The notes under the pieces are model-generated. The model saw only the letters and a program-made list of their open reading frames with translations, searched no databases and had not been told where the DNA came from. A stretch of DNA of 64,000 nucleotides from Paraspadella gotoi (Eukaryota > Animalia > Chaetognatha), in NCBI GenBank assembly GCA_051294375.1, contig CM119267.1:25993293-26057292 (forward strand), given 5' to 3'. Positions 1-12,800 of the stretch are shown here, piece after piece (position 1 is the stretch's first letter; every line of letters starts with the position of its first letter). The position numbers and the translations under genes were made by a program.

Positions 1-152
1 GAAGAATGATTAATAAAATTAAGTAGAAATACACAGGCGAATTAGTATTCATGCCCAATCAAGAAATCATAAAACGGGGTTTTTTTTATCGTGTTCATAA
101 TTTTGAATTTTTTTTATATTCTCTTCCCTCAATATTTCCCTCTATTTTTTAG

Positions 153-468
153 CTACAAAATATGGAAGAATGCGTTTAGCAACGTCGCATTCGGCTTCAC
201 TAACTTGATTGGGTACACGTGGCCCAGAGAGACGAGGGAATTGGCTGCCGAAATTCCACTGGAAGACTTGCTCCTCGAAACGGATGCCCCCTTCATGGTT
301 CCGCGCTGGCCAGTGCCACCGGCTTCGACCCAAAAAGTCTCCTTTCCCGGAATGGCCCTCTGCGTCGCCCAAGCGATCAAAGACCTTCGTTTAGATGGCT
401 CAACGTGCACTCAGATTTTGAAGGCCTCAACCCAAAACGCCCAAAGAATTTACGGACTCACTCTTTGA
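153..468 (+). CDS. TatD-family DNase, terminal exon (gene begins upstream of the window)
   Basis: Acceptor tttttag at 152; translation has the TatD C-terminal pattern IPLEDLLLETDAPF and ...STQNAQRIYGL*; stop TGA 466-468. Confidence 0.85.
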
Positions 469-850
469 CTCTGATTAAAATTGATTTCAGTGGTGATCTT
501 ATTGATTATAACTCGGGATATCAACTTTTTCTCGCCCGTCTAAGTTGGGGGAAAGGGATTAAAAAAAGAGTTTTTTAACGAAACCAGAAAAATGAAAATC
601 AAAATGACTTGGTCTCACATTTTCGTTAAGAAATTCTAATTTTTCATTCCTTTTCCAAATATTTTTTTCTTGTTAATTATTATAGTCTAGTTTCTGCTCT
701 ATTATTGATTTTGTCAGCTCGATCGGTTGCTAAAGGAAAAAAGAAAATTTTCTTTAAACCAGGTCTTAAAACAGCAACAACAACAAGAACAGCTCTTTTT
801 TACCCCTTCGCTCTTTCGAGTCTCAATCGTGGACGCGGGACAAAGAAATT

Positions 851-3800
851 ATGTCCTTTGCTAACTCTTCTGGTCCCGAAGGACAACAAGGGAATAAACG
901 CCTGCGAGTCGACGACGACGGCAACGCCGTTCCTACAATGGTTCGCCAATCCCCGACGTTCAGTTTTTCATTGGATACAAAAAATTATTCTCTTTTTTTT
1001 TTCCCCGTGGTGTTTTTCCATAGATGGACTTCGAAGAGGAAGACAAATCCCGGAAGCAAGATCGCCGCAACGACGACCACCGCGTCGAGCCTTCTCCCGT
1101 GGTTCACGTTCGATCCCTGCACCCGTCGGTGATTGAGGCAGACCTGTGGGACACTCTCAGCGCCTGGGGCAAGATCAACAACATCTTCATGATGACTCAG
1201 AAGCATCAAGGTGAGCCTCGCTTATCATTTAAAATCTAGATTCGTCTTTCAATGGACAAAAACGAATATCCTTAAGAAAACGTGTTATCAAATAATAGTA
1301 CATGGCCATTGGCCAATGATGTCTCAATTGTTTATATTTTCAGCATTGGTGGAGTTTGAACATTTAAATTCGGCGATGAGTCTCGTTCGGACGGCGAGAA
1401 AGGAAGTGGTCAATATTCGTCAATACCCCACCCTCTTCAATTTCTCTAAGAGTAAGAAGATTGAACTTCCGATTCGTCACAATGAAATCGATCAGAGGCA
1501 AGTCTTTACCATTTATCAATATTAAAAATTATTATTATCCCATTCAAGATTCCAGTAATTTGCCTGAACTGAATTGAAGGCACTGTTGCTGCTACTTTTT
1601 GTTTGTTTTTTAGCACTTTATTTTTTTCAGGCGTGGGGAAGAAAAAGAACACAACGTTTTGTTATTCACCATCAGGAAACCCATGTACCCCATCACTGTG
1701 GTGAGAGATTTGTTCAATGATTAGTTAATTTAAAGTTGTTGGTAGATTTTAATTGTATCAGATTAATTTGTTTTAATTCTAGGATGTGATGCACACGATT
1801 TGTAAATCATTTGGTCGAATCCTGCGCATCGTCGTTTTCCGTAAATCTGTCCTTCAGTCTATGGTTGAGTTTGAAGAAGTGAAAGCCGCCGTCGCTGCCC
1901 TCAAAGAACTCAATGGCGCCGACATCTACTCGGGATGTTGCACCCTCAAAGTCGAATACGCCAAGGTAAGTTCTTGTTGCCTTTTCGTTTTGATACTGTG
2001 AGTCAAAATTTATCCTGTAAGAATCTATTTATTGTGGCAGCAAGACTTAAAGCTGCCTCACTGCTGTCCGTCCTCAGCCTCGTCTCAATGGCTGAGCAGG
2101 CTAAATCATCTCATTCCATCCGTGCGTCCCGGGTTCAATCCCCGGGTATCCCGGTTCTGGCTTAAATGTGACGGTGCCGGTATAAACATGCCAGTGACAG
2201 GAGGCGGTCACTGAGGGTCCGCAGCCCCTATGCCAGTTGGTGAGATACCCCGCGCCCCGGGTATCACAGGCTATCCTCCCGTTGCCATATTATATTTTTT
2301 TATATTTTTAGCAACTGACGCTGAATGTGATTCGAAACGATTCTGAGACTTGGGACTTCACCGTCTCCGACCGAGGTAAGACGCGACACCCACCGCCTCT
2401 GACTTTAGTTGAAATAGAAAGATCGCATCCTTCCCCCCCCCCCAACCTTCACTGAGCAAAATCCTTTTAGCACCCAATCCTTATCTCGCTAGCTTTTCAT
2501 TCCTTCCATTTTTGCTTTTCGTTCATTCACCGTTCATTTCTCATTCATCACTGACGCATTACTCAGTTCACCGATCGTGGTCAATTTGCGCATGTCTCTT
2601 TATTAAGAATTTCGCCTTTGCTTTGGTTATTTTTCCCCAATTCACTTTTTTTTGTGGCCGCTGTCTTCGCGCTAGGGTGTGTTTCATGAACAAAAGATGT
2701 CGGTTAGAGCATAAGACAAACTTGATTATGATAAAACAGTTAATTGTGGGATTTTTTATTTTTTAATTTTTAATTTTATTTTTAATTTTTGCCAAATATT
2801 TCGATTTACATTGATAAATGATTTTTCAATGCAGTCCAAATGTGAAAAGTAAATGGTGTAAGTCTAAGGGAATCAGAGATAGAGAGAGAGTGAGGGCAAA
2901 ATTCAAAAGGAATTCTGGGGACAAAAGAAAAATAAAGGGCTAAGCCCTGGCTCCTCCCTCCACCATGAATCTCAAATGGGCTTTTTCATATTTTTTAGGA
3001 GCGGGTTCCATGCATCGGTCTTGACAGTTGCCGTAGTCCTCGTTCAGTTCTTTTCCAGGACCGCAGTCTATGAGGCGAATCCATAAGGATTCTTCCACTT
3101 TAAGATGGTGGTCGAGGCGCTTGAATGTGCGATAGGATCGTCGGCATCCAATCAAAGGGCTCTGAGCATTTTTTGCAATGTTGGGTAATGCCCGAATGCC
3201 TTCAATCTTTTTTTTCCATTACCTTCTGATGTTCAGATGTTCAAACTACGAAAGTTTTGACTTATATCACTAATGTAAATGGCTGATGGGGAGCATGAGC
3301 ATTTGAAGACATAGATTCCTTTCCCTTTTTCTGGAGGAAGTTTTGTGCGATTTTTAGGCTAAGCCCTTTATTTTTCTTTTGTCCTCTGTTTATCCTTATA
3401 ATTTTTTTTAAATTTTGCCCTCTCCCTCTCTGATTCCCTTTGACTTTTACACCTTTTATTTTTCACATTTGGACTGCCTTGAAAAATTATTTATCAATGT
3501 AAATCGAAATATTTGCAAAAATTAAAAAACCGCACTTGTAAATCCCACAATAAACTGTCTTATCTTAATATACCTCACCTGTGCATACATGGTGACAATT
3601 TTACAAGCGCCGGTAAAAAAGCGCTGTCATTTGCAAACCAGTGGTTATTTCATTGATTTAAAAAATTAGTTGAGTAGAAAATATTAAAGTCATTTATGTG
3701 TTCAAATTTTATATTGATCAGTTAAGATATGCCTTAACAATGAGTGGAGAAAGTTGGCTTGTAAAATTGGGTTTCATTTTCCAACTCACTGTTTTTAAAT

Positions 3801-6800
3801 TCTTTTTTTTTCAACTTTTAGCACTTTTTTAAACAAAGTATTTATTAAAATATTAACAATATTAATATTCTCAGAAAGCCCTTAAATAAATGAAGAGAAT
3901 GATATACTTACGAAAGCTTTAACATAAAAATTAAGCTGCCCAGCCTTGGTTCAATTAAGAGAGTCAAAAGTTATTTAAAATTTTAAATCTTTTTTTAAAA
4001 TATATGACCTGTATAAATTATTATAACATAAAATATTTTTATTTATTTAAGTATCATGAAAGAGCCTGAAAAAAAGAGATTTAAGATAGCCAATCATAAT
4101 TTAATAAAAATCCTAAATTTACCCTCCAGCTATTGATTTTTGGAAAGATGTCTTGTTTTTGAATATCCTAATTAAATTAAAGCTGGGCCGGTTAAAATTT
4201 ATACTACAGTATTTGTAAGTATGTCATTCTCTTTAGATTTGAATGGGCTTTCAGAAGATAATAATATTAATATTATTTTATTTCAAATTTCTTCAGAAAA
4301 CTTACTGAAAGTAAAAGAAAAAAATTGAATCTAAAAAAAGTGAGTTGGAAAATGAAACCCGATTTTACAATCCAACTTTCTCCACTCATTGTCAAGGCAT
4401 ATCTTAACTGATCAATATAAAATTTGAACACATAATTGATTTTAATATTTTCTTCTCAACTAATTTTTTAAATCAATGAAATAACCACTGGTTTGCAAAT
4501 GACAGCGTTTTTTTATCGGCGCTTATAAAATTGTCACCATGTATGATGTCTCTTCAAAATTTAAAACTTGACTTTTAAATTAACTTTTTAGTTTTCATGT
4601 TTTGCAGCCGGTTTAGGTTTATACGGCTGGATTATGCATTGGCGTTGTTAAAAATAGTAAAATATAAAAAAGGTAAAAATTGAAAAGATCCTAATGATCC
4701 TAGATATCTGCGAATAGGACGATTGATACTAAGATTTGAATTTTAAGCTAAAATTACAAATAGGTATATAGGCTAAACGAAAAACTACCTAAATCACCCA
4801 CTTTCGCGCACTACTTGTCATTTTTGACGGGTTCTTGAGCGTTACTCCATCGCACTCTTTTTTCGCAATCATTGCAAATAGCAGGTTTCGATTCCTTCGA
4901 AGCATCGCCTTGCAATTAATATCAAAAATAACTCAACATTCATTGGTTCATGCAGAATGATAAAATCATAGAATCGAAAGTATGATAAATAGTCGATCCC
5001 TTTCTTTAAGACATTTGATTGAAGATGATTTTATTTCTCTTCAAAATCTTCTGAGTTGTGCCAATTTTATTCGTACGATTTCCTACGAAAACACATTTAG
5101 ACTTTAGTCAAAAACTGCATTAAAGCCGAACTCTCAAGAAGCATAAAATTATCAATGCAAACTCGTCCGAACCGTGCATCCTCTATCTCGACCTTTCCTC
5201 AGCATCAACGCAGATCTCCACCGCATCAATGCAGCAGTCTCCAGCATATTTATCCTTCAGTGAGCAGTCATTTACTTGCGCAGTCACAGTCTCGTCCGTA
5301 AGAGGGAGAAATTTCAAATTTAGATTTGAGATGAAGAAGCAAAACTAATTTCCTTTTTCTTCGCGTTTTTATCGCCCAAAACTGAAAGATGACGGGCAAA
5401 TGGCCAAAGAAATTCTCCTTTCAACACCACCGCGCAATGGGCGCTTCGGGCTCTTTCGATCCTTTGGGTATTTAATATGGAAACCTGGACGACGGTAACT
5501 ATGCTGAGTATGAGGTGGGTCTTGAATTGAGCGGATACAAGCTTTCAACTACGTCATTCGTTATCCAGGTGACTTAGGTTTTACGTCGATACTTTGTTAA
5601 ATATCAGCAGACTCACCATTGATATTTAAATCATACTTCTTTCCTTCCCTCGGCTAACTCTTTTTCTATTCCTATTAATATTTTTCTCGTCCCGTTTTTC
5701 ATCCATATAATATTTTTCTTCCATATTTTTCTTTCCCTGTTCCCCGTTTCCATTACCTCGTCTCCTATTTTTTTTTTCAGAAGCGTCTCGATCCAAACCT
5801 CTCCTGGCTTCGCCCAATGCGGGACCCCCTCGCCTCTATGATGATTCTGACCGTCGAGGAGGCGGATTCGGCGCCGGAGCGGAGACGGGATTCGGCAACG
5901 GGTTCCCCCGCGACCGCGACGACTTCGGCCACCCGGGCGGCGCGGCCGGCGGCGCTCATCACGGTCGGGGCGCCGAATTCGGGGATCGGAGGGGAGGAGG
6001 GAGAATGGACGACGAGAAAGGGAGCGCCTACTCTGGATACGGAGGACGAATGAGCATGGACTTCGAGGCCGGGGTGAGCCTCATCAATTTTGGCTTCAAC
6101 TTATAAATAGAACAGAGTGACGCTTGAACAAGTACCATGATGGAAAAAAAAAGTGTCGCAGTTTGGAAAAGCCGGTTAATTTTATTGTCAAATATATTTT
6201 TTGGCTAATAAATAAGTTTTAATAGATAATATGACCTCCCTAAGATGGAATAAAATGATTATTTTTCAACAGTATTAAATTATTCAATGCATTCAATACC
6301 TTCGCAAAAGAGGTTGTCTCTAACTGTTTTTACTTTTTTTTTATTTTCATATTATTGTTAAAATTATATCTCTGACATAATATTTTTTATCAGATTTAGG
6401 GTAAAAAATGGTCTTTAGCAAGCAGTGAAAAAGATTGATCCTATATAAAGTAAACCAGGCTTAGAGTTTGTCTGCTGCATAATGTGATAATTCATTGTCT
6501 TTCACTTTAGTAAAATCTTTATTTTTTTATTTTTGGAGTTGATTCTGATAATACATCCAAAGGTAAATGAAAATGATAACTTTGCTTACAGAAAAGTTAC
6601 TCGGAACCTTATAACTTTTATTGATTATTTACAATTTAAAAATAATATTCTGTAACATCTACAGCATCAATGTATTTTTAATATTTTTTTTTATATATGA
6701 ATTAAGATTCATTCCATTTGATATGAGATTAAGAAAAGGCAGGGATTTTTAATAGTATTGGTTAAACTCAAAAAGTAATTCAAAAGAACCGGAAATGAGT

Positions 6801-9800
6801 ACAGTACCGGAAACCTAGAATGTCGTAAATCTGTACATGGAATAACTTTTCCATTTATAGGATAAATGGCTTTAGGATTTTATAGGAAGTTGTCTGGATG
6901 TCTGGCTATTGCCCATTTTAGCAATTTTTCAAATAAATAATACTAAACCACTTAAAAATTGGGTAAATTTTTTTTTTTTAAACTTGCATAGCTCTAATAT
7001 ATTTTGAAATTTTTTCTTAAAATTTTGCTAACTTGTACTCAAGAGGGTTTGTAAACTTCTGTAGAAATATTGTTACAATAAAAAAAATTTTGCCATATTT
7101 ATCAGTGCTGATATTTTAGATGGGTCATTTTTTTCAATGATGCATAACTTCCTTATTTGTGAATATTATGGTTTTAAATTTTAAAAATAGGTGGGCCTTG
7201 GGTAGTCCTACATTAAATATAAATTTAAGTCATTTTAAAAAACCTTTTGGCACAGGTCAAAATTTTTTTTACAAAATTAAATTGTCAATACTGCTAAAAA
7301 TATTATTGCAAATATTGTCATTCTTTGCCTATAAATAAGTTAAAACATATTCAAAATAACCATAAAGCAAAAAATATTTCTCAACATTTTTAAAAACTTA
7401 TTTGCATATTGTTGCATTTTATAAATTTTTCAATTTTTTTACCTAAAAGTAATTAATTTTTTAAAATTTTTGGTTTGATGATGATCAAACCTTTACAAAT
7501 ATACCATCAAACCTAATTTTTAATAAATTTTAAATATTTTTCATATTTAATTTTTATAAGCATTCTGCTAACTTTTTCAATGTGGGCATCATTGAAGAGA
7601 GGGCAACCCGAGGATTCTAAATATATAATTTTTTTACCAAATTTAATGTCTCAAAGCTGAGATAATTCTTTCCAAAGTGCTCAAAAATAGAAAAAACATT
7701 ACTTTTTAAACCCTAATAAAAAATGGGAGTATTATAGTTTTGTTTCAATATTGGCAATTAGGTCAAGAATTGTTCATATTTTGTGGTAGTGAAATGTCAA
7801 GGGAATAAAAGAAATATTATAGTAGATTCCTCAATCGATTTTTAAATTTGGCAGAACATTTTACTTTTTTTTAACAAGTTTTTAGAGTACGCTAAACGTT
7901 TTTCTGATTACACAAAATAGAATTTGAGAAATAAGAAATTTATAGTACCAATAGTTGGTGTTATGTTTCAAATAGAAGGGAAAAAAACCTAGTTTAAAAA
8001 TTTGATCTGGAACGGGGGTAACTAAGACTTACCAATGGCATCGTCCATGCTAATCGTTCATTCAAATAATTTTTTTTATTTAATACATTTGAAAGAGAAA
8101 AAAAGAAAATTTGGAATTCTGGTTTTCTTTACTAAAAAATTTTGCAGAACAACCTATTTGAAAGGGTTGATTGACTGACTTAATGATTGAATTTTTTGGG
8201 TTTATTTACTGCCCCCATTACCCAAGACATAAAAGGTCATGATTGTCAAGTCAGGATGTCCAGATTATTTGTACCTTTAATACCACCTACATTCCGATTT
8301 TTTTTTTCCCTTTTAAATGTATTAAATAAAAATAATTATTTGAAAGAACGTGTTAGAGGGGGATTGTTGTGGACGATTGGCATGGACGATGCCATTGGTA
8401 CACCTAAGTTACCCCTATTCCAGATCAATTTTTTAAACGAGGTTTTTTTTCCATTTATTTAAAACATAATACCAACGATTGGTACTATTAATTTCTTATT
8501 TCTTAAATTCTATTTTGTGTAATCAGAGAAACATTCAGCATACTGTAAAAATTTAGTAAAAAAGAGTAAAGTTTTTTTGCCAAATTTACAAATCGATTGA
8601 GCAATCATTATAATATTTTTTTTATTCCCTGGACATGTCACTACCACAAAATATGAACAACTCTTGACCTAATTACCAAGTATTGAAACAAAACTAACTT
8701 AGTTGCATTTTTTATTAAGGTTTAAAAAGTAGTGTTTTTTTTCAATTTTTGAGCACTTTGGCATGGATTTTCTCAACTTTGAACAAATAAATTTAAAAAA
8801 AAAATTAAATATTTGGAATCCCTAGGTTGCCCTCTATTCAATGCTGCCAAATTTGTTTATGATTTGTAAAATGTTAAATAAATTAACATTTTTTAGCAAT
8901 ATTTAAAACAGGGTTGTGGAGCTGGCCATTTTTTCTCCAGCTCCAGCTCCAACTCCAGCTCCGGCCAAAAAATTTTTTCAGCTCCAGCTCCAACTCCGAC
9001 TCCATCCAATATTTTTTTCCAGCTCCAACTCCAGCTCCAGCTCCAATAAAAATTTTGAGACAGCTCCAGCTCCAGATCCCGCTCCCAGCTCCGACCCTTT
9101 AATGTTTAATGTTGCTTGTATTTAAATCAGTACTAATTTTATTAATTTACTTATTTATAACTTATTTATTTGCTTATATTTAAATAAATATTAATTTTAT
9201 TAATTCATGTATGAAATAATTTGATAATTTATTTATTAATAATAATTATGTATTTTTTAATTTTTAATTTCTTAAATTTTTTAATGTAGACAATGAGTAT
9301 AAAAGAGTATAAGAAAGTAAAAGATAAACATTTATACCCCACATAATTAATAGTTNNNNNNNNNNNNNNNNNNNNNNNNNNNNNNNNNNNNNNNNNNNNN
9401 NNNNNNNNNNNNNNNNNNNNNNNNNNNNNNNNNNNNNNNNNNNNNNNNNNNNNNNNNNNNNNNNNNNNNNNNNNNNNNNNNNNNNNNNNNNNNNNNNNNN
9501 NNNNNNNNNNNNNNNNNNNNNNNNNNNNNNNNNNNNNNNNNNNNNNNNNNNNNNNNNNNNNNNNNNNNNNNNNNNNNNNNNNNNNNGCATTGAATTTTGT
9601 GTCATGTGATCACCTTTTAAGGTGATAATGAAAAGTAGGATACTTATGCCCGTTAAAGATCTTTACCTTTACCTTACCTTCCCAGTTACCTTCCTTCCTA
9701 GTATAAACTGACAAATTGAGCCTTTTTAACATAAGTGGTACAGACTAACGGACAGACATACCGACCAACTGACCGACCGACATGAAAGGCGGCTACAGTT

Positions 9801-12800
9801 AGAGGAAGGGGAAGGTCTCCTTCCCAATGCCAAGGAACCAAGGACAAACTTTAGCCCGCAAGAAGAGGGCAGCCGGCAGTAACCCAAGGCATTTTTCCAA
9901 AAGGATCTTTGCCCGACCCTAATATGACGAGGTCCTTAAGTCTGGGAACTCAAGATCCAAATGACCTATGACATGCCAATGATCCGGTCACATCGTCACC
10001 GCCTTTCCTTTGTCCAGAAGCGGGGGGCCAGCTCTTTCTTCTTATTTTTTACTAATCTTTTCTCTTTAATGTAGTTTATTGTTACCTTTACAATTTATTA
10101 TTTAAAATGTTAATGTTTGCAAACTTCTCTTTCACTCTCCCTCACTCTTTTGTACTTATTCTTAATCTGTCCTTAACCTGCCACTGTCTTTTTCTTCACA
10201 TATATTATGTCAGAATATCGAATTATGATAAATTATGCCAAAAAAAACGATGTCCGTCCGTCTGTCTGTCTATTCGTCCGTCCGTCCCACCTTAGCAAAT
10301 TGGATTTGATTTGAATGAAATTTTGTATGTGTGCAGGGAAGTGTGTGATTGAGCTAGATATGAAGTTTCGATGGAATCGTGCGAGTTGAAAAGAGTTTAA
10401 ATGGAAAAAAAAAAAATATATTTCATTATTTGAACGCCAATTACTCATGAGTGGATGGGACGATTGACTAGAAATTTTGTATGTGGGTAGGAAAGTGTGT
10501 GATTAAGCAGGAATTCAAGTTTCGATGGAATCGTCTGTGGAAATGAGTTAAATGGAAAAAACAAAAAACCTGTTTCACTAATTGATTATGCTTCTTTTTA
10601 TTTTATATTAAATGTAAATGCAAGATGTATTAATTAATCAAATAATTAATCAGTTGATTAATAAATTAGTTAATTAATCAATAATTAATTAATCAGTCAA
10701 TTAATCATTAATTAATTCAATATAATCAATTAATTATTTATCTATTATTAATAATTATTCAATCTGGCAAATACAACATTTCGTATCAAATTAATTAATT
10801 TATTAATTAACTACCGCTAATGATCGTGCGAGTGGAAATGAGTTTAAATGAAAAAAAACAAAAGTCATATTTACTTGAAGAATTTTTACTTATATTTACT
10901 CATAATTATTATATTTGTTAAAAATTGGATAAATAAATGAAATAAAATTTTGTGTGTGGGTAGTAAACTATGAGATTAAGCTGGATATAAGTTTTTGATG
11001 GAATCGTTGGAGTGAAAAGAGATAAAAACAAAAACCAAAAGAAACATTTTTGTCAAATTTAAAAGTTTCTCTCTATCTCTCTCCGATTGATTAAATTATT
11101 GATGACCAAATTATGCCAATTGACCAAATTTTGTTGCAGTTAAGAAAATTATTTCAATTGACCAAATTATGCCGTTTGACTAAATTAAAACAATTGACCA
11201 AATTACGACAATTTACACAAATTATGCCAGTTGACCAAAATTATGCCAATTGTCCAAAAATGCCAGTTGATCAAAATTATGCCAGATGACCAAATTATAT
11301 CAATTGACAAAATTATGTCAGTTTATTTAATTAAGCAAGTTGATTAAATTATGAAAGTTGACCAAATTATGCAACTTGGTATTGGCACAGCTACTGGTAA
11401 TGATTAAGAAGTCTGTTATGATTTGTTATAATCACAAATTGAGAGTCAGAAAAAGTACCATGATTTATCATCGGATTAGCTTATTACCGCCTAATTATCG
11501 TAGGCAGATCCGACATTGTTTGCTCAAACTTGTTTCTTTCTAAGAATGATTATATATTTTGAAAAAGAAATGTGGTTAGCAAAGGTAACAAACAAAATTG
11601 TTTTACGAATTTACTCAACCATTCATTTCAATCATAAAGTTTTTTAAATTAAAATATAACGATGAACATTTGAAATAGAAGAGGGAATGGTGATGTTGGC
11701 AGATTGAATAAACAGCGTTAGAACAGAGAAAAAATGGAAAATAAATCCTTAAAAATATTTTAAGTTTCTTAAATTAAGGTGTTCAAGTTGTTGTTCAGGT
11801 ATAATAAAGTTGAATTGATTCATTATATTTTTTATAATACTTTGAATCAAATTGCGTTAAACTATCTTAATTAATGGTCACTGTCATCAAATAGTTGAAA
11901 ATATTTGAAAAAATTAATATTATTTTTCATTTTTATAAATTTTATTATTTCCAAAAATTTTCTTGGAGCTGGAGTTGGACCTTTTTTTGCCCGCTCCGAC
12001 TCCAGCTCCAGCTCCGGCCAAGATAAAATCTCAGCTCCAGCTCCAGCTCCCGCTCCGGTAAGAAAATAAATTCAGCTCCAGCTCCAGCTCCGGCCAAATA
12101 TGCCAGCTCCTTGAGCTCCGACTCCAGCTCCAGCTCCACATCCCTGATTTAAAAATTAATAAAAATATTTAGAATATATTCAAATTTAGCTATGATGTTA
12201 TTTTTTAAAGCGTTATATTATATATTACTTGTGTGTCAAAAACTAATAAAAAAAATTTATTTAAAGTAAAAAATTTTAAAAATTTTAAAAATCTATCAAT
12301 ATGCAAATAAGTTTTTAAAAACATAAAGAAAAATTTTTTACTTCAGGGTTATAAAAAGCATGCTTTTACTGATTTAAAACGAAAAAATTATATCATTTGC
12401 TGTCATACTTTTGGAATAATAACCAATTGAATTTAGTAAAAAAAATTTTGACCTGTGCCAAAATGTAGTAGGGGTAGCCCCACTCAATGGGGTGAGTCAA
12501 AAAATTTTGAATAATTACAAACGAAAATTTATACATTTTGAAGTATACTTTCAATGGACAAAACATTTCTTCTGTGGCTCTATACCCAAATAATTAATTT
12601 TTTAATATTTATTTATAAATAGGAAAGGCTAAAAATTTTTTTGATAATTTTTAAATTTTAAGACCAGATTCAGATAGCTCATAAAAAATTGTCTACACAA
12701 AGTATAATTCTTTTTTAAATATTTTCATGATAAGCAAGTCAAAAATAAGAAAAACCGTAATAAATCATCATCATCATCATCTTTCGATGATTTTATCAGT

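Noticed and set aside
2190-2270. SRP RNA S-domain resemblance (GGAG loop, GGTCGGAA)
   Set aside because: Helix 8 consensus and Alu domain are absent; the sequence sits inside a TSD-flanked element.
2671-2725. Hammerhead in the Penelope terminal arm
   Set aside because: GAAAC is present on the minus strand but there is no CUGANGA core or stem II.
8914-9125. PAPAP/LQLQ ORFs (also 11945-12139)
   Set aside because: Translations of (CCAGCT)n transposon subterminal repeats.
11100-11375. Regular 18-bp repeats (also 35495-35680 and 50015-50550) as a CRISPR array
   Set aside because: Contiguous tandem units with no unique spacers; internal minisatellite of the Helentron-like family; eukaryotic context.
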